From contig OZ219786.1 of the NCBI GenBank assembly GCA_964291285.2, positions 224,001 to 288,000 of the forward strand: DNA of 64,000 bases, in the 5' to 3' direction. The translations under genes and the position numbers were made by a program. The notes below the pieces were generated by a model. It was not told where the DNA came from, did no database searches, and saw only the letters and a list, made by a program, of their open reading frames with translations. Within the stretch, counting starts at the first letter, position 1. Every line of letters begins with the position of its first letter. Shown one piece after another: positions 9,250 through 19,269 of this stretch. This DNA is from Alphaproteobacteria bacterium. Lineage in GTDB: Bacteria > Pseudomonadota > Alphaproteobacteria > Bin95.

Positions 9250-11328
9250 CAGGGCGAATTAATTGTCTGCCTGTGGGCCATGTTGAGGTGGGGTCCGGGG
9301 TGGCCATTTTTTTCTTGATATGTCAGTGTGCCGGTCATGGCGAGGTTTCTGTTTGCGGGTGTTTGGGTTGATCTTCGCGCGGTCACGGTGCGCCCGACCT
9401 GGGGGGCACGGGAGCACCGGCGCTGGGACGATTTGGTAGCGGCGCACCACTATCTGCGGTTCCACGGCATCATCGGCAAGGGTCTGCGCCATGTCGCGGT
9501 TCATGGCGAGGCCTGGCTTGCCCTGGTTGGCTGGCAGCCTGGAGCGTTCAAGGTGGGAGCGCGGGACCGCTGGATCGGGTGGTCGGCGGAGCAGCAGTTC
9601 CGTCGCCTGCATCTGGTTGCCAACAACTCGCGCTTTGTCATCCTGACGCCTGAGCGGGTTCCCAACCTTGCCTCGCGGGTGCTGGGGCTGAGCGTGCGGC
9701 GGCTGTCGCAGGACCTGCGGGCGGCGCATGGCTATCCGGCTGTTGTGGCGGAGACGTTTGTGGACGTCTCGCGCTTCGCCGGCACCTGCTACCGCGCGGC
9801 CAACTGGCGCTCTCTGGGTCTGACGCGCGGCTTTGCCCGCGAGCCCGGAGGGGTGGCGCGCTGGCGTCACCACGGCCAGCCCAAGGAGGTCTTCGTGTTC
9901 GAACTGACACACGGCGCCCCCGAGGCGCTGAGCCATCCCGAGATACCGGCAGACTGGAACGCTGAGCAGCACACCGAGCCGATGGCGGCGCCCCGGCTGC
10001 GCAGCCTGTTCGAGTGTTTGGGCGAGGTGCCCGAATACCGCCATGCCCGGGGCAAGCGCTATGCGCTCACCACCATTCTGACGCTGGCCGTTGCCGCCCG
10101 GCTTGCCGGATACCGGGGTGTGAACGCCTTCGCCCAGTTCGCCGCCCTGCTCTCCCAGAAGCAACTCAAGGCGGTGGGCGCCTTCTGGAGCCCATCCAGG
10201 CAGTGCTACACGCCGCCGGCGGTCACCACCTTCCACAACATCCTCGCCGCCCTGCCGCCACAGACCCTGGACAATGCCATCGGCCAGTGGGCCGGACAGC
10301 ACAGCAGTGCGCACGCGCCTGTGGCCATGGACGGAAAGGATTTGCGCGGTGCCTCGAAGCAGAGCGAAGACCGGCGCAGGAGGATGGTCGCTGCGGTGGC
10401 GCATGACACCGGCGTGGTCCTCGGGCAGGTCGAAGTCAGCTCCAAAAGCAACGAAATCCCGGCCGTGCGCGAACTTTCCAGCGGTCTCGACCTCACAGGC
10501 CGGATCGTCACCATCGATGCGATGCACGCCCAGCACGAGACCGCGCGTTGCCTGCTCGAACGCCGTGCCGACTACGTGGTCAGCGCGGTGAAGGGCAACC
10601 AGCAGACCATCCTCGAAGACCTCAAGGCGATCGACTTCAGCGATGCGCCCTGGCACGAAACCGTCGACAAGGGCCATGGTCGCATTGAGCGCCGACGCTG
10701 CGCCGTCGTCGACCTCTGCGCTGCCGAGTGGGACGGCTACGCCCACCTTCACGGGCGCCGCCAGGCAATGCGCATGGAACGCGAGCGCAAGATGCTCAAA
10801 ACCGGCAAGCGCAGCATCGAGGTCACCTGGAGCCTGACGTCGCTTGGCGCAGAGCGAGCCGGCCCCAAGGAGCTTCTCGATCTGGTGCGCAACCACTGGC
10901 ACATCGAGAACCGTGTGCACTATGTGCGTGACTTCACCTATGACGAAGACCGTTGCCGGGCATATGTGCGCCACCTGCCCGGAAATCTGGCCTGCTTGAG
11001 CAACGCGGCCATCGCTATCGTGCGCTGCGACGGACGCTTCCGATATGTACCCGAGGCCAACCGGCACTACGCCGCCCGCGCCCAAGAGGCCCTCGACGCG
11101 ATTATGATCGCGCCCAGCGGCTGATACCCCACCCCCCACCGCAATACAGGCTCGGGCCGAAGAACGGCGCAGCAAAACAACTGCGCCCGTCGAGGACGAA
11201 AACACTGGACCGCGGCATCAAGAAACCACCATGACGGCGGCCAGAAACGTCTGGGGTTCCCCAAAACACCGGCAGCCAGACCGAAATCACTCAGACAAAG
11301 CCCGCGGTTCGACTAAAAATTTTCCCTG
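9250..11328 (+). mobile_element. Complete ISAs1-family insertion sequence
   Basis: Imperfect terminal IRs CAGGGCGAATTAATTGTC.../...GACTAAAAATTTTCCCTG; 10-bp TSD taaaccggtg at 9240-9249 and 11329-11338. Confidence 0.92.
9328..11124 (+). CDS. ISAs1 transposase fused to N-terminal DUF4338-like domain
   Basis: AMDGKDLRG, KSNEIPA, VTIDAMHAQ, VKGNQ, HGRIERR, RNHWHIENRVHYVRD motifs; N-terminal HHYL...NNSRF...PNLASRVL...ETFVD...GTCYRAANW. Confidence 0.92.
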   Translation: MPVMARFLFAGVWVDLRAVTVRPTWGAREHRRWDDLVAAHHYLRFHGIIGKGLRHVAVHGEAWLALVGWQPGAFKVGARDRWIGWSAEQQFRRLHLVANNSRFVILTPERVPNLASRVLGLSVRRLSQDLRAAHGYPAVVAETFVDVSRFAGTCYRAANWRSLGLTRGFAREPGGVARWRHHGQPKEVFVFELTHGAPEALSHPEIPADWNAEQHTEPMAAPRLRSLFECLGEVPEYRHARGKRYALTTILTLAVAARLAGYRGVNAFAQFAALLSQKQLKAVGAFWSPSRQCYTPPAVTTFHNILAALPPQTLDNAIGQWAGQHSSAHAPVAMDGKDLRGASKQSEDRRRRMVAAVAHDTGVVLGQVEVSSKSNEIPAVRELSSGLDLTGRIVTIDAMHAQHETARCLLERRADYVVSAVKGNQQTILEDLKAIDFSDAPWHETVDKGHGRIERRRCAVVDLCAAEWDGYAHLHGRRQAMRMERERKMLKTGKRSIEVTWSLTSLGAERAGPKELLDLVRNHWHIENRVHYVRDFTYDEDRCRAYVRHLPGNLACLSNAAIAIVRCDGRFRYVPEANRHYAARAQEALDAIMIAPSG

Positions 11329-11331
11329 TAA

Positions 11332-11637
<306 letters not shown>

Positions 11638-11655
11638 GATCGGCGGTCGGCTCCA

Positions 11656-12105
11656 ATGCGCTATTTCGACACCAGTTTCCTCGTTCCCCTCATCCTCCCC
11701 GAGGCTGCCAGCGAATCGGTCGCGGCGTTCTTCGCGGTTTTGCCGCAGGACGAACTGGCGGTGAGCCATTGGACGCGGGTCGAGTTCGCCTCGCTGCTTG
11801 CCCGTGAGGCGCGCATGGGCCATCTGAACGCCGCGAGCGTACGGAAGGCGGGGACGCGATTCGAGGCGTTGGTCGAAGAGTCCTTCATCGTCGTGCTGCC
11901 GAACCGTGACGACTTCGATCGGGCCAGGGACTGGCTCGGCCGTTTCGAGACCGGGCTGAGGGCCGGAGATGCACTGCACCTTGCCGTTGCGGGCAACCGC
12001 GGGGCGGCAGCAATCCACAGCCTGGACAAGCGCATGGTCGCGGCGGGGAAGGCGCTGGGTCTGCCGACGAGCGCCGCAATCCATCTTCCGGGTCATGGCG
12101 ATTGA
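11656..12105 (+). CDS. vapC: VapC PIN-domain toxin
   Basis: YFDTSFLV...E...LRAGDALHLA...SLDKR PIN acidic residues. Confidence 0.92.
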   Translation: MRYFDTSFLVPLILPEAASESVAAFFAVLPQDELAVSHWTRVEFASLLAREARMGHLNAASVRKAGTRFEALVEESFIVVLPNRDDFDRARDWLGRFETGLRAGDALHLAVAGNRGAAAIHSLDKRMVAAGKALGLPTSAAIHLPGHGD

Positions 12106-15100
12106 CAGTCTCGATGAGCGACCCGCCCCCCATTCGCGACGGACAGATTCTGACCGGCGCCCTGTTCAGCGAACCGATGCGGGTCGAGACCGTGCGTGCG
12201 AACGGCGCCGGTTCCTGGGTTGCGGGCCTGGTCGGAACGCGGACGGAGCGCTTCCGCAGTGTCGCTCTCACCACCGACGATATCGCCAGCCTCACAATTT
12301 CGGGCTCTGCGATGTCCTACGATGGCGACGGCCGCCTGCTCCGGCTCGGTCTGAAGGCCCACGCGCTCGGCATTGCCCACGAGTTCGATCCGTATTTCGG
12401 CCTTTCGATCTCCCGCGTGGACCCGCTGCCGCACCAGCTCGAAGCCGTCTACGAGCACCTGCTCAAGCTGTCGACCGTCCGGTTCCTGCTCGCCGACGAC
12501 GCCGGCGCAGGCAAGACGATCATGGCCGGCCTGCTGGTGCGCGAGCTCAAGCTGCGCGGTCTGGCGGAGCGCATTCTCGTCGTCTGCCCGGCAAACCTGA
12601 CCTTCCAGTGGCAGCGGGAACTGCGGGAGAAGTTCGACGAGAAGTTCCTGGTGCTCAAGGGCGGCGATATCCGCGACCAGTTCGGCGTCAACCAGTGGCT
12701 GGAGCAGCCACAGGTCCTCACCTCCCTCGACCTTGCGAAACGGAACGACATCCTGCCCGGTTTGCGCCAGGTGCATTGGGATCTGGTGATCGTCGACGAG
12801 GCGCACCGCATGTCCTGGTCGCCGCCGGCCGGGAAGACCGCACGCTACGCCCTCGGTGAACTGCTCCGCGACCGTGCCGACCACATCCTCCTGCTGACCG
12901 CGACGCCGCACAAGGGCGACCCGCAGAACTTCACCCGGTTCCTGCAACTTCTCGACCGCGACGCCTATGCCGACGTCAAGTCCATTCGCGAGGCGATGGC
13001 CCGGCGCCGGGCGCCCTTCTACCTGCGGCGCACCAAGGAGGCGATGGTCTATTTTCCGGAGCGCCAGTCGAACGGCGAATGGCAGGCGCGGCCGGTGTTC
13101 ACCCGGCGCATTCCCCGCACGGTCGGGTTCGCGATCGACGATGCCGAACTGGAATTGTACAAGGAGATCACCCGCTTCGTGAAGCGGCAGAGCAGGAAGG
13201 CGGCGGACCATGGGGATGATCCGCGGGCCCGTGCCGTCGGCTTCCTGATGGCGCTCTACCAGAGGCGCCTCGCCTCCAGCACCTGCGCGATGCGCCGCTC
13301 GCTCGAGAATCGGGCGAGACGCCTGGAAGAAGGGTTGAAGCGGGCGCAGACCATGGCGCAATCGGCGCCGCCCGGCCTCCCTGACCCGGAAGAGATCGAG
13401 GAAATGGAGGAGGCGGAGCGCGAGCGCCTCGAAGCCCTGCTCGACGCGGTCACCCTGGCCGGCAACGCCGAACAGGTGCGCGCCGAGATCGCCGAGCTGA
13501 AACAGTTTGCGGAAAGCGCGCGAGCGGTCGAGCAGGCCGGCAACGAGGCCAAGTTGGCCCGGCTCAAGGACATCCTGCTGAAGGAGGGGTTCTTCGACCG
13601 CCCGGACCAGCGCCTGCTCCTGTTCACGGAGTTCAGGGACACGCTCGACTACCTCATGGACCGCCTCACGGCCTGGGGCTTCCGGGTCGGCTGCATCCAT
13701 GGCGGCATGAAGCCCGGTTCCCGGGACGAGCCGAACAGCCGCCTGCACACCGAACAGCAGTTCCGGGAAGGCAACATCCAGATCCTCGTCGCCACCGAGG
13801 CGGCGGGCGAGGGCATCAACCTCCAGTGCTGCCACATCCTGTTCAACTACGACATCCCCTGGAACCCCAACCGCCTCGAACAGCGCATGGGCCGCATCCA
13901 CCGCTACGGCCAGCGCGAAGACTGCCTGATCTTCAACTTCGTCGCGACGAACACCATCGAAGGGCGTGTGCTCGAACGGCTGATGACCAAGCTGCAGGAG
14001 ATCCGCGACGCGCTGGACGACGACGCCGTGTTCAACGTGGTCGGAGAAGTCCTGCCGGCCGCACAGGTCGAGCGCGTGCTGCGGGACTATTACGCCGGCA
14101 GGCTGGGGTACGCCGATCTCGAAGATCGCATATTGAGGGATGTGGACGAGGGCCGGTTCCGGGCGATCTGCCAGACGGCTCTCGAAGGCCTCGCCACGAG
14201 GAAGCTCAACCTCGACATGCTGGTCGAGCGCCAGGCGAAAGCGCAGGAACAGCGTGTCGTGCCGGAGGACATTGCGCGTTTCATGCAGGAATGCGCCAGG
14301 GACGCTGCCCTGACGCTGAAGCCTGTGGGAGGTCTGGCCCATGCGTTCGATCCGGGACGGACGCCGCCGGCCCTGAGGAAATACGAGCGCGCCGCCGACT
14401 GGAAGCTCCCGCAACTCACGGCGCGCTACCCGCGCCTGTCAACGGACAGGGAGACGGCCGATGCGAACAACCTCGAATGGGTCACGCCCGGTCATCCGCT
14501 GTTCGAGGCGCTGCGCCGGCGCGGCCTCGAAGCCGCAGAAGGCGTCTTTGCCCGAGGCGCTTGTTTCCATTCCCTGAACCACGAGGCGCCGGCACGGTTC
14601 GATGTCTACCGGGCGAAAGCCGTGGACGGCCTGGGCCGTAGCGTACATGAGCGGCTGTTCGCGGTCGAACTGGCGGCTGACGGCGAGGCGCGGCTGCGGG
14701 AGCCGCAGTTCCTCGGCGACCTGACCCCCGCTGCCGTTCCGCAGGCACTTCCCGCCGCGGCATCTCTGCCGGAGGCCAGAGATTGGCTTTACGAAGCCGC
14801 GCTTGTGCCGTTTCTCGAAGAGGTCCGGTCGGAACGCGCGGCCGAGGTCACGCGCGTCGCCGAGCATGTCGAGCTGTCCCTCACCGAGGTACTGCTCCGC
14901 GCCGACGAAGAGATCGGCCGTGCCGCCGAAGACGCAAAGGAAGGCGTTGCCGGCGCCGAAGGGCGCCTTGCCCAAGCCGAAGCGCGCCATGCCGAGGCGC
15001 TGGAACGCCGTGACCGGCGCCGCGACGAGCTCGAGCGGGAACGCGCCGTGACATTGCAGGGTGTTGAACGGCTGGCAAGCGCCCTGATCCTGCCCCACCC

Positions 15101-15551
15101 CGAGCGCGAGTCGGCGGAAGTCCGGCGGCTGCGCCCCGATCCGGAAACCGAGATGACCGCGATGCGCGCGGTCATGGAGTTCGAAACGGCGCGGGGATGT
15201 CGGGTCGACGATGTGCATGAGCAGAATCTCGGCTACGACATCACCAGCCTCGACCTGCAATCCGGCGAGCTTCGCCTGATCGAGATCAAGGGGCTCGCCG
15301 GAACGACCGGCAGCATCCTGCTGACCCCGAACGAGCGCCGGGTCGCCGAAGACCGGCGCGACTGCTACTGGCTCTATGTGGTCACCGATTGCGCCGGAGA
15401 ACCCCGGCTTCAGGAGCCGATCCCGGACCCGGCCCGGTTCCCGTGGCGCAAGGTCACCGAGGTGCAGCACTACTGGCTTGACGTGGATGCGATGACCGAA
15501 CCCATGACGCTGCGGGAGGAAGCAGCGCCGTATGGGGGATCGGGCGGATGA
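12102..15551 (+). CDS. SNF2-family helicase with C-terminal DUF3883-like PD-(D/E)xK nuclease
   Basis: LLADDAGAGKT, DEAH, TATPH, EGINLQ, QRMGRIHRYGQ; C-terminal GYDITS...RLIEIKG...LTPNE...YWLYVV. Confidence 0.92.
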   Translation: MTVSMSDPPPIRDGQILTGALFSEPMRVETVRANGAGSWVAGLVGTRTERFRSVALTTDDIASLTISGSAMSYDGDGRLLRLGLKAHALGIAHEFDPYFGLSISRVDPLPHQLEAVYEHLLKLSTVRFLLADDAGAGKTIMAGLLVRELKLRGLAERILVVCPANLTFQWQRELREKFDEKFLVLKGGDIRDQFGVNQWLEQPQVLTSLDLAKRNDILPGLRQVHWDLVIVDEAHRMSWSPPAGKTARYALGELLRDRADHILLLTATPHKGDPQNFTRFLQLLDRDAYADVKSIREAMARRRAPFYLRRTKEAMVYFPERQSNGEWQARPVFTRRIPRTVGFAIDDAELELYKEITRFVKRQSRKAADHGDDPRARAVGFLMALYQRRLASSTCAMRRSLENRARRLEEGLKRAQTMAQSAPPGLPDPEEIEEMEEAERERLEALLDAVTLAGNAEQVRAEIAELKQFAESARAVEQAGNEAKLARLKDILLKEGFFDRPDQRLLLFTEFRDTLDYLMDRLTAWGFRVGCIHGGMKPGSRDEPNSRLHTEQQFREGNIQILVATEAAGEGINLQCCHILFNYDIPWNPNRLEQRMGRIHRYGQREDCLIFNFVATNTIEGRVLERLMTKLQEIRDALDDDAVFNVVGEVLPAAQVERVLRDYYAGRLGYADLEDRILRDVDEGRFRAICQTALEGLATRKLNLDMLVERQAKAQEQRVVPEDIARFMQECARDAALTLKPVGGLAHAFDPGRTPPALRKYERAADWKLPQLTARYPRLSTDRETADANNLEWVTPGHPLFEALRRRGLEAAEGVFARGACFHSLNHEAPARFDVYRAKAVDGLGRSVHERLFAVELAADGEARLREPQFLGDLTPAAVPQALPAAASLPEARDWLYEAALVPFLEEVRSERAAEVTRVAEHVELSLTEVLLRADEEIGRAAEDAKEGVAGAEGRLAQAEARHAEALERRDRRRDELERERAVTLQGVERLASALILPHPERESAEVRRLRPDPETEMTAMRAVMEFETARGCRVDDVHEQNLGYDITSLDLQSGELRLIEIKGLAGTTGSILLTPNERRVAEDRRDCYWLYVVTDCAGEPRLQEPIPDPARFPWRKVTEVQHYWLDVDAMTEPMTLREEAAPYGGSGG

Positions 15552-18514
15552 TCCCCCGGGGATGCAAGCGTCTGGCTGAGGTGGATTTTCCGATCGCGGC
15601 GGTGTCGCGCCATGCGGTGCGCGAGAAGTCGATCCGCCACGGCCATCCCTCGACGCTGCATCTGTGGTGGGCGCGGCGGCCTCTGGCCTCCTCGCGGGCC
15701 ATGCTCCTGGCGCTCCTGTTCCCGGACCCCTGCGATCCCGAATGTCCGGACGACTTCAAGGAAGCGGCGCGCAAGGCTCTGCCGGCGGTCGGTTGCGGGC
15801 ACGGCGAAACCGACACGGATATCCGGCGCGGCCTGCTGAAGTTCATCGCAGACTTTGCCAACTGGGACCTCAGCACAAAGCTACCTTGGCTGGAGGCGGG
15901 CCGAGCGCTCGTCAGGGCCGCCCATGGAGAAGAACCGCCCCTGGTGGTGGATCCGTTTGCCGGCGGCGGGTCAATCCCGCTGGAGGCGCTGCGGCTCGGC
16001 TGCGAGGCGTTCGCGAGCGATCTCAACCCCGTGGCCTGCCTCATCCTCAAGGCGATGCTGGAGGACATTCCGCGCCACGGCCCGGGACTGGCCGACGAGT
16101 TACGCGAGGCTGGCGCGGAAATCAGGCGGCAGGCCGAACGGGAACTGTCCGACCTGTATCCGGCCGACCCCGACGGCGCGACGCCCATCGCCTATCTGTG
16201 GGCGCGCACGGTGCGCTGCGAGGCGCCGGACTGCGGCGCCGAAATCCCGCTCATGCGTTCCTTCTGGCTGTGCCGGAAGGCGAAGCGCAAGCGCGCCTTG
16301 CGCCATGCCGTCGAACGGGTCGAGGGAGCGCCGCCGCGGGTGGCGTTCGAAGTGTTCGAACCCGTGGCCGAAAGCGAGGTACGCGGCGGCACGGTGACGC
16401 GCGCCAGGGCGACCTGCCTGTGCTGCGGCGCGGTCCTGCCGCCGGAGCGCGTGCGCGCGCAACTCGCCGCCCGGCGCGGCGGCGCGGATGTGGTTTTCGA
16501 CGAGGGGGGCAACCGGGTCGGCGGGGCGCGGATGACGGCGGTGGTGACCCTCCGGCCGGACGAAGCGGGCCGGCACTATCGTCTGCCGACGGAGGCCGAC
16601 TACGCCGCGGTGCGGGCAGCGCAGGCGCGGGTCGTCGGAATCCTGGAAGACTGGGAGCGCGGCGGCAAGCAGGGGTTGTGTCCCATACCGGATGAACCCC
16701 TGCCGCCCATAGGCACGTTGGGCTTCCGCGTCCAGCGCTACGGGATGCTCCAGTGGGGCGACCTGTTCACCGCACGGCAGAAGGCGGCGCTGGTGGAGTT
16801 GGCACGCCTTGCGTGCATTCATAACAAAGTGAATGTCAAACGAGGCCTCGCATTGGCAATATCGAAACTGTCTGAACTATCCAATTCACTCTGCACATGG
16901 GAGCCACTAGCTGAATGCCCAAGGCATGTGTTTGGACGGCAAGCACTCCCTATAGCTTGGGATTTCGCGGAGGGTGTTTCCAGCTCTGAGTCCAGTGGCA
17001 GTTATACTATTTCTGTGAGGCACGTCGCTTCGGGATCTGATTCTCTGGGTCCAGTTTCTAAGTCTATATCCCTTCAACTTGCCGACGCCAACGAGCATCC
17101 ACTCCCGGACCAGTCCGCTAGCGTCTGGTTCACCGATCCACCCTATTACGACGCGGTTCCATATGCTGATCTCTCCGACTTTTTCCTTGTCTGGCTGAAA
17201 CGCAGTCTACCCGATCACTTTCTTCTTCGGGACCCCTTCGATCCTGAAAATCTCCTCTCACCCAAGACACGCGAGGCGGTGCAGGACGAAACGAAGGAGA
17301 GCGACGGCCGCTCCAAGGACCGCGAATGGTTCGAAGACACGATGGGGAAGGCCTTCGCCGAGGGGCGGCGCGTTCTCGCCGAGGACGGCATCGGATCGGT
17401 CGTGTTCGCCCACAAGACCACCGAAGGCTGGGAAGCCCTGCTCTCCGGCATGATCCGGGGCGGCTGGACCATCACGGGTTCCTGGCCGATCGCAACGGAA
17501 ATGGGGTCTCGCCTCCGCGCCCGGGACTCCGCTGCCCTCGCTACCAGCGTCCATCTCGTCTGCCGCCCGCGCCCGGCGGATGCCCCGGTTGGCGAGTGGG
17601 CCGAGGTGCTCAAGGAACTGCCCTTGCGGGTTGCCGACTGGATGGCGCGCCTGCAGGGCGAGGGTGTGCGCGGCGCCGATCTCGTATTCGCCTGCATCGG
17701 CCCCGCCCTGGAGATCTTCAGCCGCTGCCGCACCGTCGAGACGGCGGAGGGCCAAACGGTCAGCCTGTCGACATATCTGGAGAAGGTCTGGGAAGTGGTA
17801 GGCCGCGCCGCCCTCGAACAGGTGCTCGGCACGGCGGAAGCCGCCGCCCGCAACGGCATGGCCGGCGCGCTGGAGGAAGACGCCCGCCTGTCCGCCCTCT
17901 TCCTGTGGGCTTTTCAGGGCACGAACGAATTGCGGGACAGCGGCCCGGACGATGCCGCGGCCTCCGAAGCGGACGACGCCCTCGAAGAAGAGGTCGCCAA
18001 GGCGACCGCCGGGGGATTCCGCTTGCCGTTCGATGTCGTGCGGCGCTTCTCCCAGCCCATGGGCATCGACCTCGACCGTTGGACAGGGCGGGTGATTGCC
18101 CAGGAGAAAGGCATCGTCCGCCTGCTTCCGGTTGCGGAACGCGCGAAGACGCTGCTCGGCGCCGACGGTGCCCGCAGCGTCCCCGAATGGATCGAGGCCG
18201 GCGCAAGTGCGGACGCGCAGCCAACGCTGTTCTCCGAGCTTGACCCGGTGCCGGACGCCTCGCGGCCCGAGCGCAACGGTTTCGACCCGGATTCCGACCT
18301 GCAATCGCCGGATTCGACCGTCCTGGACCGGGTTCATACGGCGATGCTGCTCCAGACGGGCGGGCATTCGAACGCCTTGCGTCGATTGATCGTTTCCGAA
18401 CAGGAGCGCGGACCGGACTTCCTGCGCCTCGCCAACGCGCTTTCCGCCCTCTACCCGCGCGGCAGCCGCGAGAAGCGGGTTCTGGACGCCATGCTGCTTG
18501 CGGCGCCGAGGTGA
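15548..18514 (+). CDS. DUF1156 amino-DNA methyltransferase
   Basis: LHLWWARRPL DUF1156 motif, DPFAGGGSI (SAM binding), TDPPY (catalytic), internal Zn-ribbon; ATGA overlap with helicase. Confidence 0.92.
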   Translation: MIPRGCKRLAEVDFPIAAVSRHAVREKSIRHGHPSTLHLWWARRPLASSRAMLLALLFPDPCDPECPDDFKEAARKALPAVGCGHGETDTDIRRGLLKFIADFANWDLSTKLPWLEAGRALVRAAHGEEPPLVVDPFAGGGSIPLEALRLGCEAFASDLNPVACLILKAMLEDIPRHGPGLADELREAGAEIRRQAERELSDLYPADPDGATPIAYLWARTVRCEAPDCGAEIPLMRSFWLCRKAKRKRALRHAVERVEGAPPRVAFEVFEPVAESEVRGGTVTRARATCLCCGAVLPPERVRAQLAARRGGADVVFDEGGNRVGGARMTAVVTLRPDEAGRHYRLPTEADYAAVRAAQARVVGILEDWERGGKQGLCPIPDEPLPPIGTLGFRVQRYGMLQWGDLFTARQKAALVELARLACIHNKVNVKRGLALAISKLSELSNSLCTWEPLAECPRHVFGRQALPIAWDFAEGVSSSESSGSYTISVRHVASGSDSLGPVSKSISLQLADANEHPLPDQSASVWFTDPPYYDAVPYADLSDFFLVWLKRSLPDHFLLRDPFDPENLLSPKTREAVQDETKESDGRSKDREWFEDTMGKAFAEGRRVLAEDGIGSVVFAHKTTEGWEALLSGMIRGGWTITGSWPIATEMGSRLRARDSAALATSVHLVCRPRPADAPVGEWAEVLKELPLRVADWMARLQGEGVRGADLVFACIGPALEIFSRCRTVETAEGQTVSLSTYLEKVWEVVGRAALEQVLGTAEAAARNGMAGALEEDARLSALFLWAFQGTNELRDSGPDDAAASEADDALEEEVAKATAGGFRLPFDVVRRFSQPMGIDLDRWTGRVIAQEKGIVRLLPVAERAKTLLGADGARSVPEWIEAGASADAQPTLFSELDPVPDASRPERNGFDPDSDLQSPDSTVLDRVHTAMLLQTGGHSNALRRLIVSEQERGPDFLRLANALSALYPRGSREKRVLDAMLLAAPR

Positions 18515-18640
18515 CGCCATGAAGCCCCGGATCGCCGAACGACAATCCCCGGGCCTGTCGGCGCCCCGAGACCGGGCCGGCGGCGGGCTTCATCCGGCGG
18601 GGACAGGAACCGGAGAACGTGATCGAAGGAGGACAGGATC

Positions 18641-18898
18641 ATGACGGAAGAAACCGAACTGCTGGACCGTATCACCGTGCGGGCCGATATCTTCGGCGGC
18701 AAGCCGATAATCCGCGACATGCGCATCGCGGTGGAGCATGTTCTGGGCAAGCTGGCGGCGGGAGACAGTGCGGAAACCATCCTCGGCGAGTATCCGTTTC
18801 TCGAGCCCGAGGATATCCGGGCCTGCCTGGTCTTCGCCCATCGTTCCCTGGCCGGCGAGCGTGTCCATGACCGCATTTCCCTGCGACAGGCTTCGTGA
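18641..18898 (+). CDS. DUF433 antitoxin
   Basis: RITVRADIFGGKPIIRDMRIAVEHVL...YPFLEPEDIRACL. Confidence 0.9.
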   Translation: MTEETELLDRITVRADIFGGKPIIRDMRIAVEHVLGKLAAGDSAETILGEYPFLEPEDIRACLVFAHRSLAGERVHDRISLRQAS

Positions 18899-19269
18899 AG
18901 TTTCTTCTCGATGTCTGCGTGGCGTCGCGCATCCTGCACCGGACCCTGATCGATCTCGGGCACGATGTGCTGTCCGCCCGCGACGGACATGCGAACGCTT
19001 CGGACGAGGCGCTGCTCGCCATCGCCTGCCGCGAAGACCGGGTGCTGGTCACCGAGGACAAGGACTTCGGCGAGCTTGTCTTTCTGCGCGGCCTGCCGCA
19101 TCCGTGTATCGTTCGTCTCGACGGGTTGACGGCCATGGAGGAAGCGGCAGTCATGCGGGACCTGATCGAGCGCCAGGGCGCTGCAATGCGCAAGGGTGCC
19201 ATTATCGTGGTCACCGGAAGGCGCGTGCGGATACGGCCGGCGGGAAATGTCGAAGGCGGCAATGACTAG
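18895..19269 (+). CDS. DUF5615 (VapC45-like) PIN toxin
   Basis: MKFLLDVC...GHDV...SDEALL...RVLVTEDKDFGEL; overlaps both neighbouring genes. Confidence 0.9.
   Translation: MKFLLDVCVASRILHRTLIDLGHDVLSARDGHANASDEALLAIACREDRVLVTEDKDFGELVFLRGLPHPCIVRLDGLTAMEEAAVMRDLIERQGAAMRKGAIIVVTGRRVRIRPAGNVEGGND

Noticed and set aside
9328-11124. Druantia defence system
   Set aside because: The DUF4338-like domain is part of an IS transposase and no druE or other dru genes are seen.
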